64,000 nucleotides of DNA from an uncultured Actinomycetota bacterium (GCA_963835085.1 CAWIED010000001.1:1998474-2062473); one strand, 5' to 3'; positions 28,840-39,026 are shown, counted from the first letter of the stretch. A program made the numbers and translations. The notes: generated by a model not told the origin, from the letters alone.

Positions 28840-28965
28840 GTCGAGAACAGACAGTGCGTCAAGAACAGATAGTGCGTCGAGAACAGACAGTGCGTCGAGC
28901 AAAGAAAGCACATCGAGCAAAGACAGTGCAGCGAGCAAAGACAGCGCAGCGGGAATACAGTGCGG
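28840..28965. repeat. 18-nt tandem repeat, 7 copies, ending 16 nt before the kgd start codon
   Basis: GTCGAGAACAGACAGTGC / GTCAAGAACAGATAGTGC / GTCGAGAACAGACAGTGC / GTCGAGCAAAGAAAGCAC / ATCGAGCAAAGACAGTGC / AGCGAGCAAAGACAGCGC / AGCGGGAATACAGTGCGG. Exact 18-nt register and lower GC than the surroundings. Confidence 0.85.
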
Positions 28966-28981
28966 AAGGGCGACTCTGGAC

Positions 28982-31900
28982 GTGACAAACTCCGAGACCC
29001 CGTCGTCGGCCGCGCCAGAGGGTTATGGCGTCAACGAGTGGCTGGTAGATGAGCTCTACGCCCAATACCACAAAGACAAGACGCTGGTAGACCCTGCCTG
29101 GTGGGGTTACTTCGACGAATACGAACGCAACGGCGGTCGCATCGGGGCGCCGTCCGCACCTGGCGCTCACCTCACCCACGTCGCGCAAGAAAACGAGATC
29201 GCCAAGGTGCGCAGCGCCCGCTCGGCCGAACGGGCCGACGGGCCGCGGCCTGCTGCCCGAGTCGCCGTCACCGCAGCCCCCGACCCCGACGCTCCCAGCC
29301 CGGCCTCCGCCGGTGCCCCCCATTCCGCCGTCGTCCCAACGTCGTATGAGGCCCCCCTGATGAACGCCATGCCCAGTGCCCGAGACGTGCCCCGTCCGAA
29401 GGTGCCGGAACTCGAGAAGGAGGGGCCTGCCACCACCGAGAAACTGCGCGGGCCCGCCGCACGCATCGTGACCAACATGGCCGACTCCCTCACCGTGCCC
29501 ACGGCCACGTCGGTGCGCGCCATTCCGGCCAAGCTCCTGATCGACAACCGCATCGTGATCAATTCCAACCTGGCACGCGCCCGCGGCGGAAAGGTCTCGT
29601 TCACGCACCTGATCGGCTTCGCCATCGTCGAAGCGCTGGCGCACATGCCGGAGATGAACACCGCATTCTTCGAGATCGACGGCAGGCCTGGCGTCCGCCG
29701 GCCCTCGGCGGTGAATCTAGGCATCGCCATCGACCTGGCGAAGGAAGACGGTTCCCGGCAGTTGCTGGTGCCCTCCATCAAGCAGGCCGACAAGTTCAGT
29801 TTCGCCGAGTTCTGGGCCGCCTACGAAGACGTGATCAAGCGGGCCCGTGCGGGCAAGCTCGGCGTCGAAGACTTCCAGGGCACCACCATCTCGCTCACCA
29901 ATCCAGGCACGATCGGCACGGTGCACTCGGTGCCGCGGCTCATGGTCGGCCAGGGCGCCATCATCGGTGTCGGGGCCATGGAGTACCCGGCCGAGTTCGC
30001 CGGCGCCAGCGACCGCACGCTGGCCGACCTGGGCGTCTCGAAGATCGTGACTCTGACCTCCACCTACGACCACCGCATCATCCAAGGTGCGCAGTCCGGC
30101 GACTTCCTCCGCATCCTGCAGACGAAGCTGCTGGGTGAAGACGGCTTCTACGATCGCATCTTCCGTTCGCTGCGCATTCCCTATGAGCCGGTGCGCTGGG
30201 CGGTCGACAAGCGCTTCTCCAAGGAAGACGAGGTCAACAAGACCGCGCGGGTGGTCGAGCTGATTCACGCCTACCGCGAGCGCGGCCACCTGATGGCCGA
30301 CACCGACCCGTTGGAGTACCGCCAACGCCGCCATCCCGACCTCGACGTGCAGACGCACGGCCTGAGCCTGTGGGATCTCGACCGCGAGTTCCCCACCGGA
30401 GGCTTCGGTGGCCACCCGGTGATGAAGCTGCGTCACATTCTGGGTGTGCTGCGTGACTCCTACTGTCGCACCATCGGCATCGAGTACATGCACATCCAAG
30501 ACCCGGAGCAGCGGGCCTGGATTCAGGCCAGGGTCGAGCAGCCGTACGTCAAGGCCAAGCGCGAAGACCAGTTGCGCATCCTGCGCCGGCTCAACGCGGC
30601 CGAAGCCTTCGAGACCTTCCTGCAGACCAAGTTCGTGGGCCAGAAGCGATTCAGCCTCGAGGGTGGCGAGACCATCATCCCGCTGCTCGACGAGTTGCTG
30701 TCGTTGTCGGCCGACGAGGGCCTCGAGGAGGTCTGCATCGGCATGCCGCACCGCGGTCGGCTCAACGTGCTGGCCAACATCGCAGGCAAGTCGTACGGGC
30801 AGATCTTCCGCGAGTTCGAAGGCGCGCAAGACCCCCGTTCGGTGCAGGGTTCGGGCGACGTCAAGTACCACCTCGGCACCGAGGGCAACTTCACCAACGA
30901 AGCGGGCAATTCCACCAAGGTCTACCTGGCGGCAAACCCGTCGCACCTCGAGGCCGTCAACTCGGTGCTCGAAGGCATCGTGCGGGCCAAGCAAGACCGG
31001 CTGAACCGGGCCGGCGAGTCGTTCCCGGTGCTGCCTGTGCTCATGCACGGTGACGCTGCCTTCGCCGGCCAGGGCGTGGTGGCCGAGACGCTCAACCTCT
31101 CGCAGCTGCGCGGGTACCGCACCGGCGGCACCGTGCACGTCATCGTCAACAACCAGGTCGGCTTCACCACCGCTCCCACGTCGAGCCGCTCGTCCTACTA
31201 CTGCACCGACGTCGCGAAGATGGTGCAGGCCCCGATCTTCCACGTGAACGGCGACGACCCCGAGGCGTGTGTGCGGGTCGCCCAACTCGCCTTCGAATAC
31301 CGGCAGGAGTTCGACAAGGACGTCGTCATCGACATGGTGTGCTACCGCCGCCGTGGCCACAACGAGGGCGACGACCCGTCGATGACCCAGCCCCAGATGT
31401 ACAACCTCATTGAGGGAAAGCGCTCGGTGCGCAAGATCTACACCGAGTCGCTCATCGGTCGTGGCGACATCACGCCGGAAGAGGCCGACGCCGCACTGAA
31501 GGACTACCAAGCCCAGCTCGAGCGGGTGTTCGCCGAGACCCGGGAGTCCTTGGCCAGTCCCGTCGGGGCAGGCCTGGAGCAGCCGCGCGCCCAGCAGGAG
31601 GCCGCAGCCCTCGACCTCGAACGGCGCCGGACGGCGATCGAGCCCGAGGTGCTCAAGCGCATCGGCGATGCACATGTCTCACCGCCCGCCACGTTCACGG
31701 TGCACCCCAAGCTGCGGCCGGTGCTCGAGAAGCGCTCCGCGATGACGCGCGACGGCGGTATCGACTGGGCCATGGGCGAGCTCATCGCCTTCGGGTCACT
31801 GCTCATCGAAGGCGTGCCGGTGCGCTTGACCGGGCAAGACTCCCGCCGGGGCACGTTCGTGCAGCGCCAGGCGGTGCTCATCGACCGCCGCAATGCCCAG

Positions 31901-32779
31901 GAGTGGACTCCCCTGCTGTACCTGAGCAAGGACCAGGCACGGTTCTGGGTATACGACTCCATGCTCAGCGAGTACGCCGCGCTCGGTTTCGAATACGGCT
32001 ACTCGGTGGAACGCCCGGACGCCTTGGTGCTGTGGGAGGCACAGTTCGGTGACTTCGCCAACGGCGCCCAGACGATCCTCGACGAGTTCATCTCCTCGTC
32101 GGAGCAGAAGTGGAGCCAGCATTCGTCGGTGACGTTGCTGCTGCCGCACGGCTATGAGGGCCAGGGTCCCGACCACTCCTCGGCGCGGATCGAGCGCTAT
32201 CTGCAACTGTGCGCCCAGTCGAACATGACCGTTTCCATGCCCTCGACCCCGGCGTCGTACTTCCATCTCCTCCGTCGGCAGGCCTACGCCCGCCCGCGGC
32301 GGCCACTGGTGGTCTTCACCCCCAAGTCGATGCTGCGCAACAAGCACGCGGTAAGTCCGGTGGAGGACTTCACGTCGGGACACTTCCAGCCGGTCATTCC
32401 CGACACCGCTATCGATGCGAACAGGGTCGACCGAGTGATCGCGTGCGCAGGCAAGGTCTACTGGGATCTGTTGGCCCAGCGCGAGAAGATCGGAGACACC
32501 CGAACCGCGATCATCCGCGCCGAGCAGCTGTACCCGCTCGACGCACGCTACTGGCACGAGGCGCTCTCGCCGTTCCCCGGCGCTGAGTTCGTGTGGGTGC
32601 AGGAGGAGCCGGCCAATCAGGGTGCCTGGGGGCACTTGCTCCTGTCCCTGCCCGAGGCTATCGGCGTCGACACGATGCGGCTGGTCTCCAGGCCCGCGTC
32701 TGCCTCACCGTCCACCGGCTCGTCCAAGGCACACGCCGCCCAGCAGGAGGCGCTGATGACGGAGGCCTTCGCACGCTGA
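28982..32779 (+). CDS. kgd: multifunctional 2-oxoglutarate metabolism enzyme / 2-oxoglutarate dehydrogenase E1 (Kgd/SucA)
   Basis: 1265-aa intact ORF with GTG start. Collinear from memory with M. tuberculosis Kgd: NEWLVDELY..., acyltransferase-like PTATSVRAIPAKLLIDNRIVIN...SLTNPGTIGTVHSVPRLM...TSTYDHRIIQGA, and E1 core GMPHRGRLNVLANI...HGDAAFAGQGVV...EEPANQGAW. Confidence 0.95.
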   Translation: MTNSETPSSAAPEGYGVNEWLVDELYAQYHKDKTLVDPAWWGYFDEYERNGGRIGAPSAPGAHLTHVAQENEIAKVRSARSAERADGPRPAARVAVTAAPDPDAPSPASAGAPHSAVVPTSYEAPLMNAMPSARDVPRPKVPELEKEGPATTEKLRGPAARIVTNMADSLTVPTATSVRAIPAKLLIDNRIVINSNLARARGGKVSFTHLIGFAIVEALAHMPEMNTAFFEIDGRPGVRRPSAVNLGIAIDLAKEDGSRQLLVPSIKQADKFSFAEFWAAYEDVIKRARAGKLGVEDFQGTTISLTNPGTIGTVHSVPRLMVGQGAIIGVGAMEYPAEFAGASDRTLADLGVSKIVTLTSTYDHRIIQGAQSGDFLRILQTKLLGEDGFYDRIFRSLRIPYEPVRWAVDKRFSKEDEVNKTARVVELIHAYRERGHLMADTDPLEYRQRRHPDLDVQTHGLSLWDLDREFPTGGFGGHPVMKLRHILGVLRDSYCRTIGIEYMHIQDPEQRAWIQARVEQPYVKAKREDQLRILRRLNAAEAFETFLQTKFVGQKRFSLEGGETIIPLLDELLSLSADEGLEEVCIGMPHRGRLNVLANIAGKSYGQIFREFEGAQDPRSVQGSGDVKYHLGTEGNFTNEAGNSTKVYLAANPSHLEAVNSVLEGIVRAKQDRLNRAGESFPVLPVLMHGDAAFAGQGVVAETLNLSQLRGYRTGGTVHVIVNNQVGFTTAPTSSRSSYYCTDVAKMVQAPIFHVNGDDPEACVRVAQLAFEYRQEFDKDVVIDMVCYRRRGHNEGDDPSMTQPQMYNLIEGKRSVRKIYTESLIGRGDITPEEADAALKDYQAQLERVFAETRESLASPVGAGLEQPRAQQEAAALDLERRRTAIEPEVLKRIGDAHVSPPATFTVHPKLRPVLEKRSAMTRDGGIDWAMGELIAFGSLLIEGVPVRLTGQDSRRGTFVQRQAVLIDRRNAQEWTPLLYLSKDQARFWVYDSMLSEYAALGFEYGYSVERPDALVLWEAQFGDFANGAQTILDEFISSSEQKWSQHSSVTLLLPHGYEGQGPDHSSARIERYLQLCAQSNMTVSMPSTPASYFHLLRRQAYARPRRPLVVFTPKSMLRNKHAVSPVEDFTSGHFQPVIPDTAIDANRVDRVIACAGKVYWDLLAQREKIGDTRTAIIRAEQLYPLDARYWHEALSPFPGAEFVWVQEEPANQGAWGHLLLSLPEAIGVDTMRLVSRPASASPSTGSSKAHAAQQEALMTEAFAR

Positions 32780-32916
32780 CGCCGGGCGCGACGCGCCTTC
32801 CCTACCGGCGCGACGTGCTGCCCGTCTGAGGTGATTGCGACCTCACGTCCGGGCTGAGCCGGTCACCACGGTCGAGGACATCGACGAGGACGACCGCATG
32901 GTCACGCACGTGGGAA

Positions 32917-34185
32917 GTGCGGTTCGAAAGGGATTCCAGGGTGCACACAGTCGTGATCGGCGGCGGCGTCATCGGTCTCACCACGGCCTACCACCTCGTC
33001 CGCGAGGGTGAGACAGTCACTCTCGTCGATGCCCGAGCCACGGGGCTCGGGGCCAGCGCCGTGAACGCCGGCTGGGTGGTACCTGGCGATTCCTTGCCGG
33101 TTCCCGGGCCGGGTGTCGTGTCCTCGGCGCTGAAATGGATGACTCAAGCCGATAGCCCGCTGTACATCAAGCCGTCGGTGAAGCCCGACTTCCTCTCATT
33201 CATGTACGGCATGTTCCGAGCTTCCAACGCGAAGGCGCAGCGGGCCGGGTTCGAGGCAGACCTCAAGCTCGCCGCGGACACCGTCCACCTCTTCGACGAG
33301 TACCGGGCCGACGGCCTCGATTACGAGTTGCATCACGAAGGCATGCTCATAGCCTTCAAAGACCCTGCTCTGATGAAGGAACACCTCGACTACATCGACC
33401 TGACCAAGCGGTTCGGTGTAGACCCGGTCACGCTGCTCGGCGACGACCTGCACGTTCACGAGCCCCTGCTCAATGACAGCGTGCGCGGTGGCCTCTTCTA
33501 CCCGAAGGAGTTGCATCTCGACCCTGGCGGCTTCACCCAGGCTCTGCACTCAAAGCTCGTGGAGTCCGGCGTCGAGATCGTTGAGAACACGCGGATCGAC
33601 GGCGTTCAGATCGCCGGTGATCGCGTGGCCAGCGTGTCTTGCGGCAGCCGCACGTTCACCGGTGACAAGTTCCTGCTCGCGGCCGGCTCTTGGACGGGGC
33701 CCGTCTCCAAGCTCTTCGGCGCGGACCTTCCGATCCGCCCCGGCAAGGGCTACTGCATCGAGGTGAAGCCCTTCGGGCTGCGCGGACCCACGAATCTCAA
33801 CGAGGCGAGAGTGGCCGTCACGCCGTTCAACGATCGCCTTCGCCTGGCCGGCACGATGGAGTTCGGCGGTCTCGACGAGAACGTCAACAAGGTCAGGGTC
33901 GACGCCATCCTGCGCGCGCCGAAAGCCTATTTCTACGATTGGGAACCGCCCACCATTGCCGAGATCAAGCCGCGCGCCGGAATGAGGCCGATGACGCCCG
34001 ACGGGCTCGCCATCATCGGACGGCTGCCGCGTCTGAACAATGCCTTTGTTGCCAGCGGTCACGCAATGATGGGAGTCACGCTGGCACCGGGAACGGCACG
34101 GGTGCTGGTCGAACTCATCCGCGAGGATCGGCTGAACCCGATTCTCGCGCCATTCTCACCTGCGCGCTTCCGTGGCGGACGGTGA
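32917..34185 (+). CDS. FAD-dependent oxidoreductase (DadA / D-amino-acid dehydrogenase-like)
   Basis: VHTVVIGGGVIGLTTAYHL dinucleotide motif; ~415 aa; C-terminal GHAMMGVTLAPGTA typical of the DAO family. Alternative GTG start at 32941. Confidence 0.85.
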   Translation: MRFERDSRVHTVVIGGGVIGLTTAYHLVREGETVTLVDARATGLGASAVNAGWVVPGDSLPVPGPGVVSSALKWMTQADSPLYIKPSVKPDFLSFMYGMFRASNAKAQRAGFEADLKLAADTVHLFDEYRADGLDYELHHEGMLIAFKDPALMKEHLDYIDLTKRFGVDPVTLLGDDLHVHEPLLNDSVRGGLFYPKELHLDPGGFTQALHSKLVESGVEIVENTRIDGVQIAGDRVASVSCGSRTFTGDKFLLAAGSWTGPVSKLFGADLPIRPGKGYCIEVKPFGLRGPTNLNEARVAVTPFNDRLRLAGTMEFGGLDENVNKVRVDAILRAPKAYFYDWEPPTIAEIKPRAGMRPMTPDGLAIIGRLPRLNNAFVASGHAMMGVTLAPGTARVLVELIREDRLNPILAPFSPARFRGGR

Positions 34186-34315
34186 CCGGCGGGTCGCTCA
34201 GCGTCTACCGGCGGGTCGCTCAGCTGTTCGCGGAGGCGGCATGGAGCCGGAGGCCGTGAACGAGGCCTCCAGGCCATCCGCGCGGTTGGCTCAGCCCTCG
34301 GGCACACTGTCTGCC

Positions 34316-34492
34316 ATGTACTACACCGATCGCGGCATCGAGGAACTCATCGATCGTCGTGGTGAGGAGGCCGTCACCTTTGGCTGGCTGGCCGATCACC
34401 TCCGCACCTTCGTCGACCTCAACCCCGAGCACGAAGTGCCCGTGGAGCGACTGGCCACCTGGCTGGCGCGGCTAGATGACGACGACGAATGA
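34316..34492 (+). CDS. small acidic hypothetical protein (58 aa)
   Basis: ATG 34316: MYYTDRGIEELIDRRGEEAVTFGWLADHLRTFVDLNPEHEVPVERLATWLARLDDDDE. High GC3; ATGA overlap with the downstream SGNH gene suggests translational coupling. Confidence 0.55.
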   Translation: MYYTDRGIEELIDRRGEEAVTFGWLADHLRTFVDLNPEHEVPVERLATWLARLDDDDE

Positions 34493-35100
34493 CTGAGGGC
34501 TTCTCCCCCGCCGGCCTACGCATCGCCGTCGTCGGCGACGCACTCGCGGCCGGAATCGGCGACAGCAAGGGCCTGGGCTGGACGGGCCGCGTAGCCGCTC
34601 GAACCGCTGCGCCTGCGGGCGGGTTGGCAATCTTTCCCCTAGGCATCCCGGGAAACGGAACGACGCAGTTACTGGCCCGTTGCCGCAACGAGGCGTGGTT
34701 GCGCTTCGACCTGGCCGCCGACAACAGGTTGGTGCTGGCGCCGGGAGCGCAGGATCTCGACCTCGGGGTAAGCCTGGCGCGCAGCCGGCTGAACCTGGCC
34801 AACATGCTCGATGACGCCCGCGCCGACGAGGTGGGCTGCCTCGTGGTCGGGCCGCCGCCATCGGCTGACCGGCACCAGAACAGCCGGGTCGAGGGGCTCT
34901 CGCAGGCGTACGCCGACGTCTGCGAGCGTCGTGGCATCGGCTATGTCGACTGTTTCGAGCCCCTGGTGGGGCACGAGCAGTGGTATGCCGATCTCGCAGC
35001 GGGCGACGGCCTGCATCCGGGTCAGGTGGGCTATGGGCTCATCGCCTGGTTGGTGCTGCATCGCGGCTGGCATGCCTGGCTGGGAGTCGGCGAGCGGTAG
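34489..35100 (+). CDS. SGNH/GDSL hydrolase family protein
   Basis: 203 aa. N-terminal block I-like IAVVGDALAAGIGD and C-terminal DGLHP (block V D-x-x-H). Confidence 0.8.
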   Translation: MTEGFSPAGLRIAVVGDALAAGIGDSKGLGWTGRVAARTAAPAGGLAIFPLGIPGNGTTQLLARCRNEAWLRFDLAADNRLVLAPGAQDLDLGVSLARSRLNLANMLDDARADEVGCLVVGPPPSADRHQNSRVEGLSQAYADVCERRGIGYVDCFEPLVGHEQWYADLAAGDGLHPGQVGYGLIAWLVLHRGWHAWLGVGER

Positions 35101-35132
35101 CAGCGCACCGGTCATGGGTGGGAGACCCGGTA

Positions 35133-35173
35133 GGTGGTGGTGTCAACCGCAGCCGCGGTTGACACCACCCACC
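35133..35173. terminator. long hairpin between convergent SGNH and methyltransferase genes
   Basis: GGTGGTGGTGTCAACCGC agcc GCGGTTGACACCACCCACC: 15 contiguous pairs plus 3 more after a 1-nt bulge. The right arm reaches the methyltransferase stop codon. Confidence 0.55.
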
Positions 35174-36210
35174 TAGACCGACAACGGGGTCGGCTTGACC
35201 GCGTGCAACGCGAGCAGGGGCTCGCCAGGCACCAGGCGTTTCGTGCGGTCCACCCGCAGGCCGGCCCGCTCGAGCTCAGCTACCAGTTCGCCCCGGGGAA
35301 TCAACCCCATCGGGTCGGTTTGCGCACGCAACAGCAGATCGAAGTGCCGCGACATCAGCGAGTCATCGAGATCGGTGGTGACGACCAGCAGCACGCCTCC
35401 GGGGCGCAGGCTCGTCACGACGGCTCGCAAGGTACGGCGCAGGTGTTCGGTCTTGAGGTAATAGACGACGTTGGCTGCCACGGCGAGATCGATGCTGTCG
35501 GCCTGCACCACGCCGCCAGGGGCCACCAGCAGGTCTGCCGCATCGCCGGTCGCGAGGTCGACCCGGCGCGAGACGCCGGCCTCGGCGCACGTGCGAGCAG
35601 CCAGGGCAATCGCAGCCGAGGAGACGTCGATACCGATGCCTCGCGCTTGCGGGGCCGATGCGAGGAGGTGCACCAGCGCAGCGCCGGATCCGCAGCCGAC
35701 ATCGAGCACTCGTTGGGCGCCGACCTCGGACAACGTCTTCGTGAGCTCATCGAGCATCAACGGCTCGAACAGTTGCGAGGCGCGTGCGATGAGCTCTGAC
35801 CGGTCGGCCACGTCGCGCCGACGCGCGCCCGAACGCAATTGCTCGGGCAGCGCGCGATAGAGGTCGCTGTGATAGCCGTCAAACGCCTCGCACAGGCCCC
35901 GAATGAGGTCGTCGTCCACCAACGCTCGGCCCAGTCTCGACAACCGCCAAGCGGTGGACCCGCCACGTACGAGACCGTCCGCAGTCAGAACGCGCAGGAA
36001 GCCGTCGAGCACGCCTGGGTCTTTGACCTCGAGCCTCGCCACGAGCTCGTCGGTGGACTTGGCCCCCGCCTCGAGCGCGTCCAGCACTCCGGTGGCCAAC
36101 CCTGCTTGCATCATCGCCAACCGGCGGGCGCCCAGTCCGGCTGAGATCACGCGTCGCCGGACACGGGCAGACCCCTCGCGGGCCACCGCGAGAACCGTCG
36201 TGATCCTCAC
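35173..36210 (-). CDS. class I SAM-dependent methyltransferase with N-terminal winged-helix/dimerisation-like domain
   Basis: 345 aa. Motif I VLDVGCGSGAAL. N-terminal region resembles O-methyltransferase dimerisation domains. GTGA overlap with the upstream oxidoreductase. Confidence 0.8.
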   Translation of the reverse strand: MRITTVLAVAREGSARVRRRVISAGLGARRLAMMQAGLATGVLDALEAGAKSTDELVARLEVKDPGVLDGFLRVLTADGLVRGGSTAWRLSRLGRALVDDDLIRGLCEAFDGYHSDLYRALPEQLRSGARRRDVADRSELIARASQLFEPLMLDELTKTLSEVGAQRVLDVGCGSGAALVHLLASAPQARGIGIDVSSAAIALAARTCAEAGVSRRVDLATGDAADLLVAPGGVVQADSIDLAVAANVVYYLKTEHLRRTLRAVVTSLRPGGVLLVVTTDLDDSLMSRHFDLLLRAQTDPMGLIPRGELVAELERAGLRVDRTKRLVPGEPLLALHAVKPTPLSV

Positions 36211-37175
36211 GGTCGGGTGAGCACGATCTTGCCGAACACCTCTCCGGCGTTCAGCCGCTCGAAGGCCTCGCGGGCCGACTCCATCGGCACCGTTCCGGCG
36301 ATCGTCGGACGGACTCCGCGCAGCCGACAGAACTCGACCAGACGAGCCAGTTCGTCGCGGGTGCCCATGGTGGAGCCGGCCACCGAGAGTTGGAGGAAGA
36401 AGATCCGGGTGAGCTCGGCCGGCGGCATGGGACCCGACGTGGCGCCGGAGATGACGATCCGCCCGCCAGGGCGTAGCGACTTGACCGAATGCGACCAGGT
36501 GGCAGCGCCCACAGTCTCCATCACCGCATCGACCCTCTCGGGCAGCCGGGCACCAGAGTCGAACGCCCGCTCGGCGCCGAGCTCCACGGCCTTGGCCTGT
36601 TTGGCCTCATCACGGCTGGTGGCCCACACGCGATATCCGGCCGCCGCTCCGAGCGCGATGAGGGCCGTGGCGACTCCACCCCCGGCGCCCTGCACGAGAA
36701 TGGTGCCACCCGGCGCCACGCCACTCTTGGTGAAGAGCATCCGGTAGGCCGTGAGCCATGCGGTCGGCAGGCATGCCGCCTCTTCGAAGCTGAGCTCGGC
36801 CGGCTTGGGCAGCACATTGCGGCTGGGGACGATGACCTGCTCGGCGAACGTACCCTGATGGACCTCCGAGAGCAGCGATCGCTTGGGGTCTTCGGTCTCG
36901 TCGCCCGACCAGTCCGGTGAGGAGAGCACCGAGTGCACGAGCACCTCGTTGCCGTCGTCGTCGAAGCCTGCGGCGTCGCACCCCAGGATCATCGGCAGCC
37001 GATCGCCCGGCAGGCCCACACCTTGCAGGCTCCACAGGTCGTGATGATTGAGGCTGGCGGCTCTGACGTGCACCCGCGACCAGCCATCGGGCACGACCGG
37101 TTCGGGCCGCTCGCCGACGACCAGGCCGGACAGCGGATCATCGGTGGACTGAGAAGCTGCGTAGACGGCGAGCAC
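36207..37175 (-). CDS. zinc-binding alcohol dehydrogenase / quinone oxidoreductase family protein
   Basis: 322 aa. MDR-family layout with GGTILVQGAGGGVATALIALGAAAGYRV nucleotide-binding motif. Confidence 0.85.
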   Translation of the reverse strand: MLAVYAASQSTDDPLSGLVVGERPEPVVPDGWSRVHVRAASLNHHDLWSLQGVGLPGDRLPMILGCDAAGFDDDGNEVLVHSVLSSPDWSGDETEDPKRSLLSEVHQGTFAEQVIVPSRNVLPKPAELSFEEAACLPTAWLTAYRMLFTKSGVAPGGTILVQGAGGGVATALIALGAAAGYRVWATSRDEAKQAKAVELGAERAFDSGARLPERVDAVMETVGAATWSHSVKSLRPGGRIVISGATSGPMPPAELTRIFFLQLSVAGSTMGTRDELARLVEFCRLRGVRPTIAGTVPMESAREAFERLNAGEVFGKIVLTRP

Positions 37176-37355
37176 GACGTCAGCCTAATGGGCGATGTGC
37201 CCGCACACGCGGACCCCAGATACGTTTTTGGACACACGGGTGAGGAAGGACGGCCGGTGGTGGCGGGCGCGGCACAGGACTGCCGGACACACGGGACCGC
37301 TGGGAATGCTGAGGCGAATCGGCTCGCTTCCAGGATGGCTGGATAGCCTCTCACG

Positions 37356-39026
37356 ATGACCGAGTTGGTGCTGGGGCCGATCCTTCGCTACGTCGACCGT
37401 CACGCTGCGACGATCTGGGTCGAGACCAGCGGGCCGTGTTCGGTGCGGGTGCTCGACCAGAGTGCGCCGACCTGGTCGGTGCACGGCCACCACTATTGCC
37501 TGTTGGTGCTGCAAGATCTGCCCCCGGCCACCGCGACGCCGTATCAGGTGCACCTGGACGACAGGCTGGTCTGGCCGGTGCCCGACAGCACGATGCCGCC
37601 CAGTGTGATCCGCACCTTCGCCCCTGACACGGAGTTGAGGCTCTCGTTCGGCTCGTGCCGTCGCTCGGCCGGCAACGACCCCGGAGACCTCAAGCAGTTC
37701 GGAGCCGACGCCTTGGTCGCGCTCGCGCGACAGATGCGCCTCACACCGCACGAGCGCTGGCCGGACGCCCTGTTTCTCGGCGGAGACCAGGTGTACGCCG
37801 ACCTGCCCTCGCCCGAACAGAAGGCGCGCCTCAAGGCTCAGCACGAAGCGGCCGGGCGGGCCGGGGCACACCATCGCGAACTCGATGAGGTGGCCGAGGA
37901 GATCCAGAACTTCGAGGAGTACACCTGGCTTTACCACGACTCCTGGGGCCGCGACGACGTCCGTTGGTTGTTGTCGACGGTGCCCACAGTGATGCTGCTC
38001 GACGACCACGACCTGCGCGACGACTGGAACACCTCGGCAGCCTGGCGGGCCGAGATGAGTGCCAAGCCGTGGTGGCGTGAGCGAGTGGTGGGCGCGTTCG
38101 GCTCCTACTGGGTGTACCAGCACCTGGGCAACCTATCGCCGAGCGAACTAGCCCACGACGAGCTGTTCAGCCGACTGCGCGCGATCGACGACGAGGCCGA
38201 GCGCGATCGGCTGCTCGACGACTTCGCCTGGCGAGCAGACACGGATCCGGACAGCGTCCGGTGGAGCATTCGACGGGAGCTCGGCAGCGACGAGCTGTCG
38301 ATCCGGCTGGTGGCGGTGGACTCGCGTTGCTCTCGTCGCCTCGACCCCGGCGAACGCCGCATGCTCGACGACAGCGAACTCGAGTGGTTCCGCGCGGCCG
38401 TCGCCGACGGACACGTGGATCATCTGCTGATCGGCACCACGCTGCCGATGCTCATGGTGCCGGGCATCCACCATCTGGAGGGTTGGAACGAGGCCCTGGC
38501 CGAGGGCAGGTACGGGCCGCTGGTGGCGAAATGGTCGGAAAGACTCCGGCAGGCCGTCGACCTCGAGCACTGGGCCGCCTTCCGACGCACCTTCCATCAG
38601 GTGATGGACGCGCTGTCAGCGTTGGGACGGCGCGACGACCCGCCGTCGAGCATTCTCGTGCTGTCCGGAGACATGCACTGTTCCTACATCGCGGGAGCGC
38701 GGCTGCCGGGAATCGACCCGCGCCGCACGAGTTTTCACCAGCTGACCATGTCGCCCTTCCGCAATCCGCTGGAGCCGCCGATCAGGTTCGCGAACAAGGT
38801 GTTGTCGTCGATGCCCGTCCGCAAGGGCCTGCGCTGGCTGGCCGACCGCGCCGGGGTCGAGCGGGTGCCGGTGAACTGGGAGATCGACCACGGGCTGTGG
38901 TTCGACAACGGGGTGATGACCGTGGTGTTGCGCGGGCGTGAGGCAACCGTCGAGGTCGACCACGCGCATGTGCGGGGCGAGGAGCAATCTCTGGGCCGCA
39001 CTGCGACGGTGCGGTTGACCGCGTAG
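37356..39026 (+). CDS. PhoD-like metallophosphoesterase (alkaline phosphatase D family)
   Basis: 556 aa. N-terminal beta-sandwich-like LGPILRYVDRHAATIWVET, metallophosphatase motifs GGDQVYAD and LLDDHDLRDDWN, SGDMHCSY. Confidence 0.75.
   Translation: MTELVLGPILRYVDRHAATIWVETSGPCSVRVLDQSAPTWSVHGHHYCLLVLQDLPPATATPYQVHLDDRLVWPVPDSTMPPSVIRTFAPDTELRLSFGSCRRSAGNDPGDLKQFGADALVALARQMRLTPHERWPDALFLGGDQVYADLPSPEQKARLKAQHEAAGRAGAHHRELDEVAEEIQNFEEYTWLYHDSWGRDDVRWLLSTVPTVMLLDDHDLRDDWNTSAAWRAEMSAKPWWRERVVGAFGSYWVYQHLGNLSPSELAHDELFSRLRAIDDEAERDRLLDDFAWRADTDPDSVRWSIRRELGSDELSIRLVAVDSRCSRRLDPGERRMLDDSELEWFRAAVADGHVDHLLIGTTLPMLMVPGIHHLEGWNEALAEGRYGPLVAKWSERLRQAVDLEHWAAFRRTFHQVMDALSALGRRDDPPSSILVLSGDMHCSYIAGARLPGIDPRRTSFHQLTMSPFRNPLEPPIRFANKVLSSMPVRKGLRWLADRAGVERVPVNWEIDHGLWFDNGVMTVVLRGREATVEVDHAHVRGEEQSLGRTATVRLTA

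Noticed and set aside
28808-28981. N-terminal extension of Kgd through the 18-nt repeats
   Set aside because: The frame is open but holds no ATG/GTG/TTG. The Kgd N-terminus from GTG 28982 aligns with the mycobacterial start (NEWLV about 17-24 residues in). It is kept only as a caveat in the finding.
29717-31675. 652-aa antisense ORF inside kgd. Similar long ORFs: 59836..61974 (712 aa, antisense to gcl), 51205..52818 (537 aa, antisense to aroA/rsgA), 24822..26111 (429 aa) and 7810..8865 (351 aa)
   Set aside because: These are typical high-GC shadow ORFs, with Arg/Pro/Gly/Ala-rich low-complexity translations and no family motifs. Each overlaps a gene with clear homology-type signatures on the other strand or frame.
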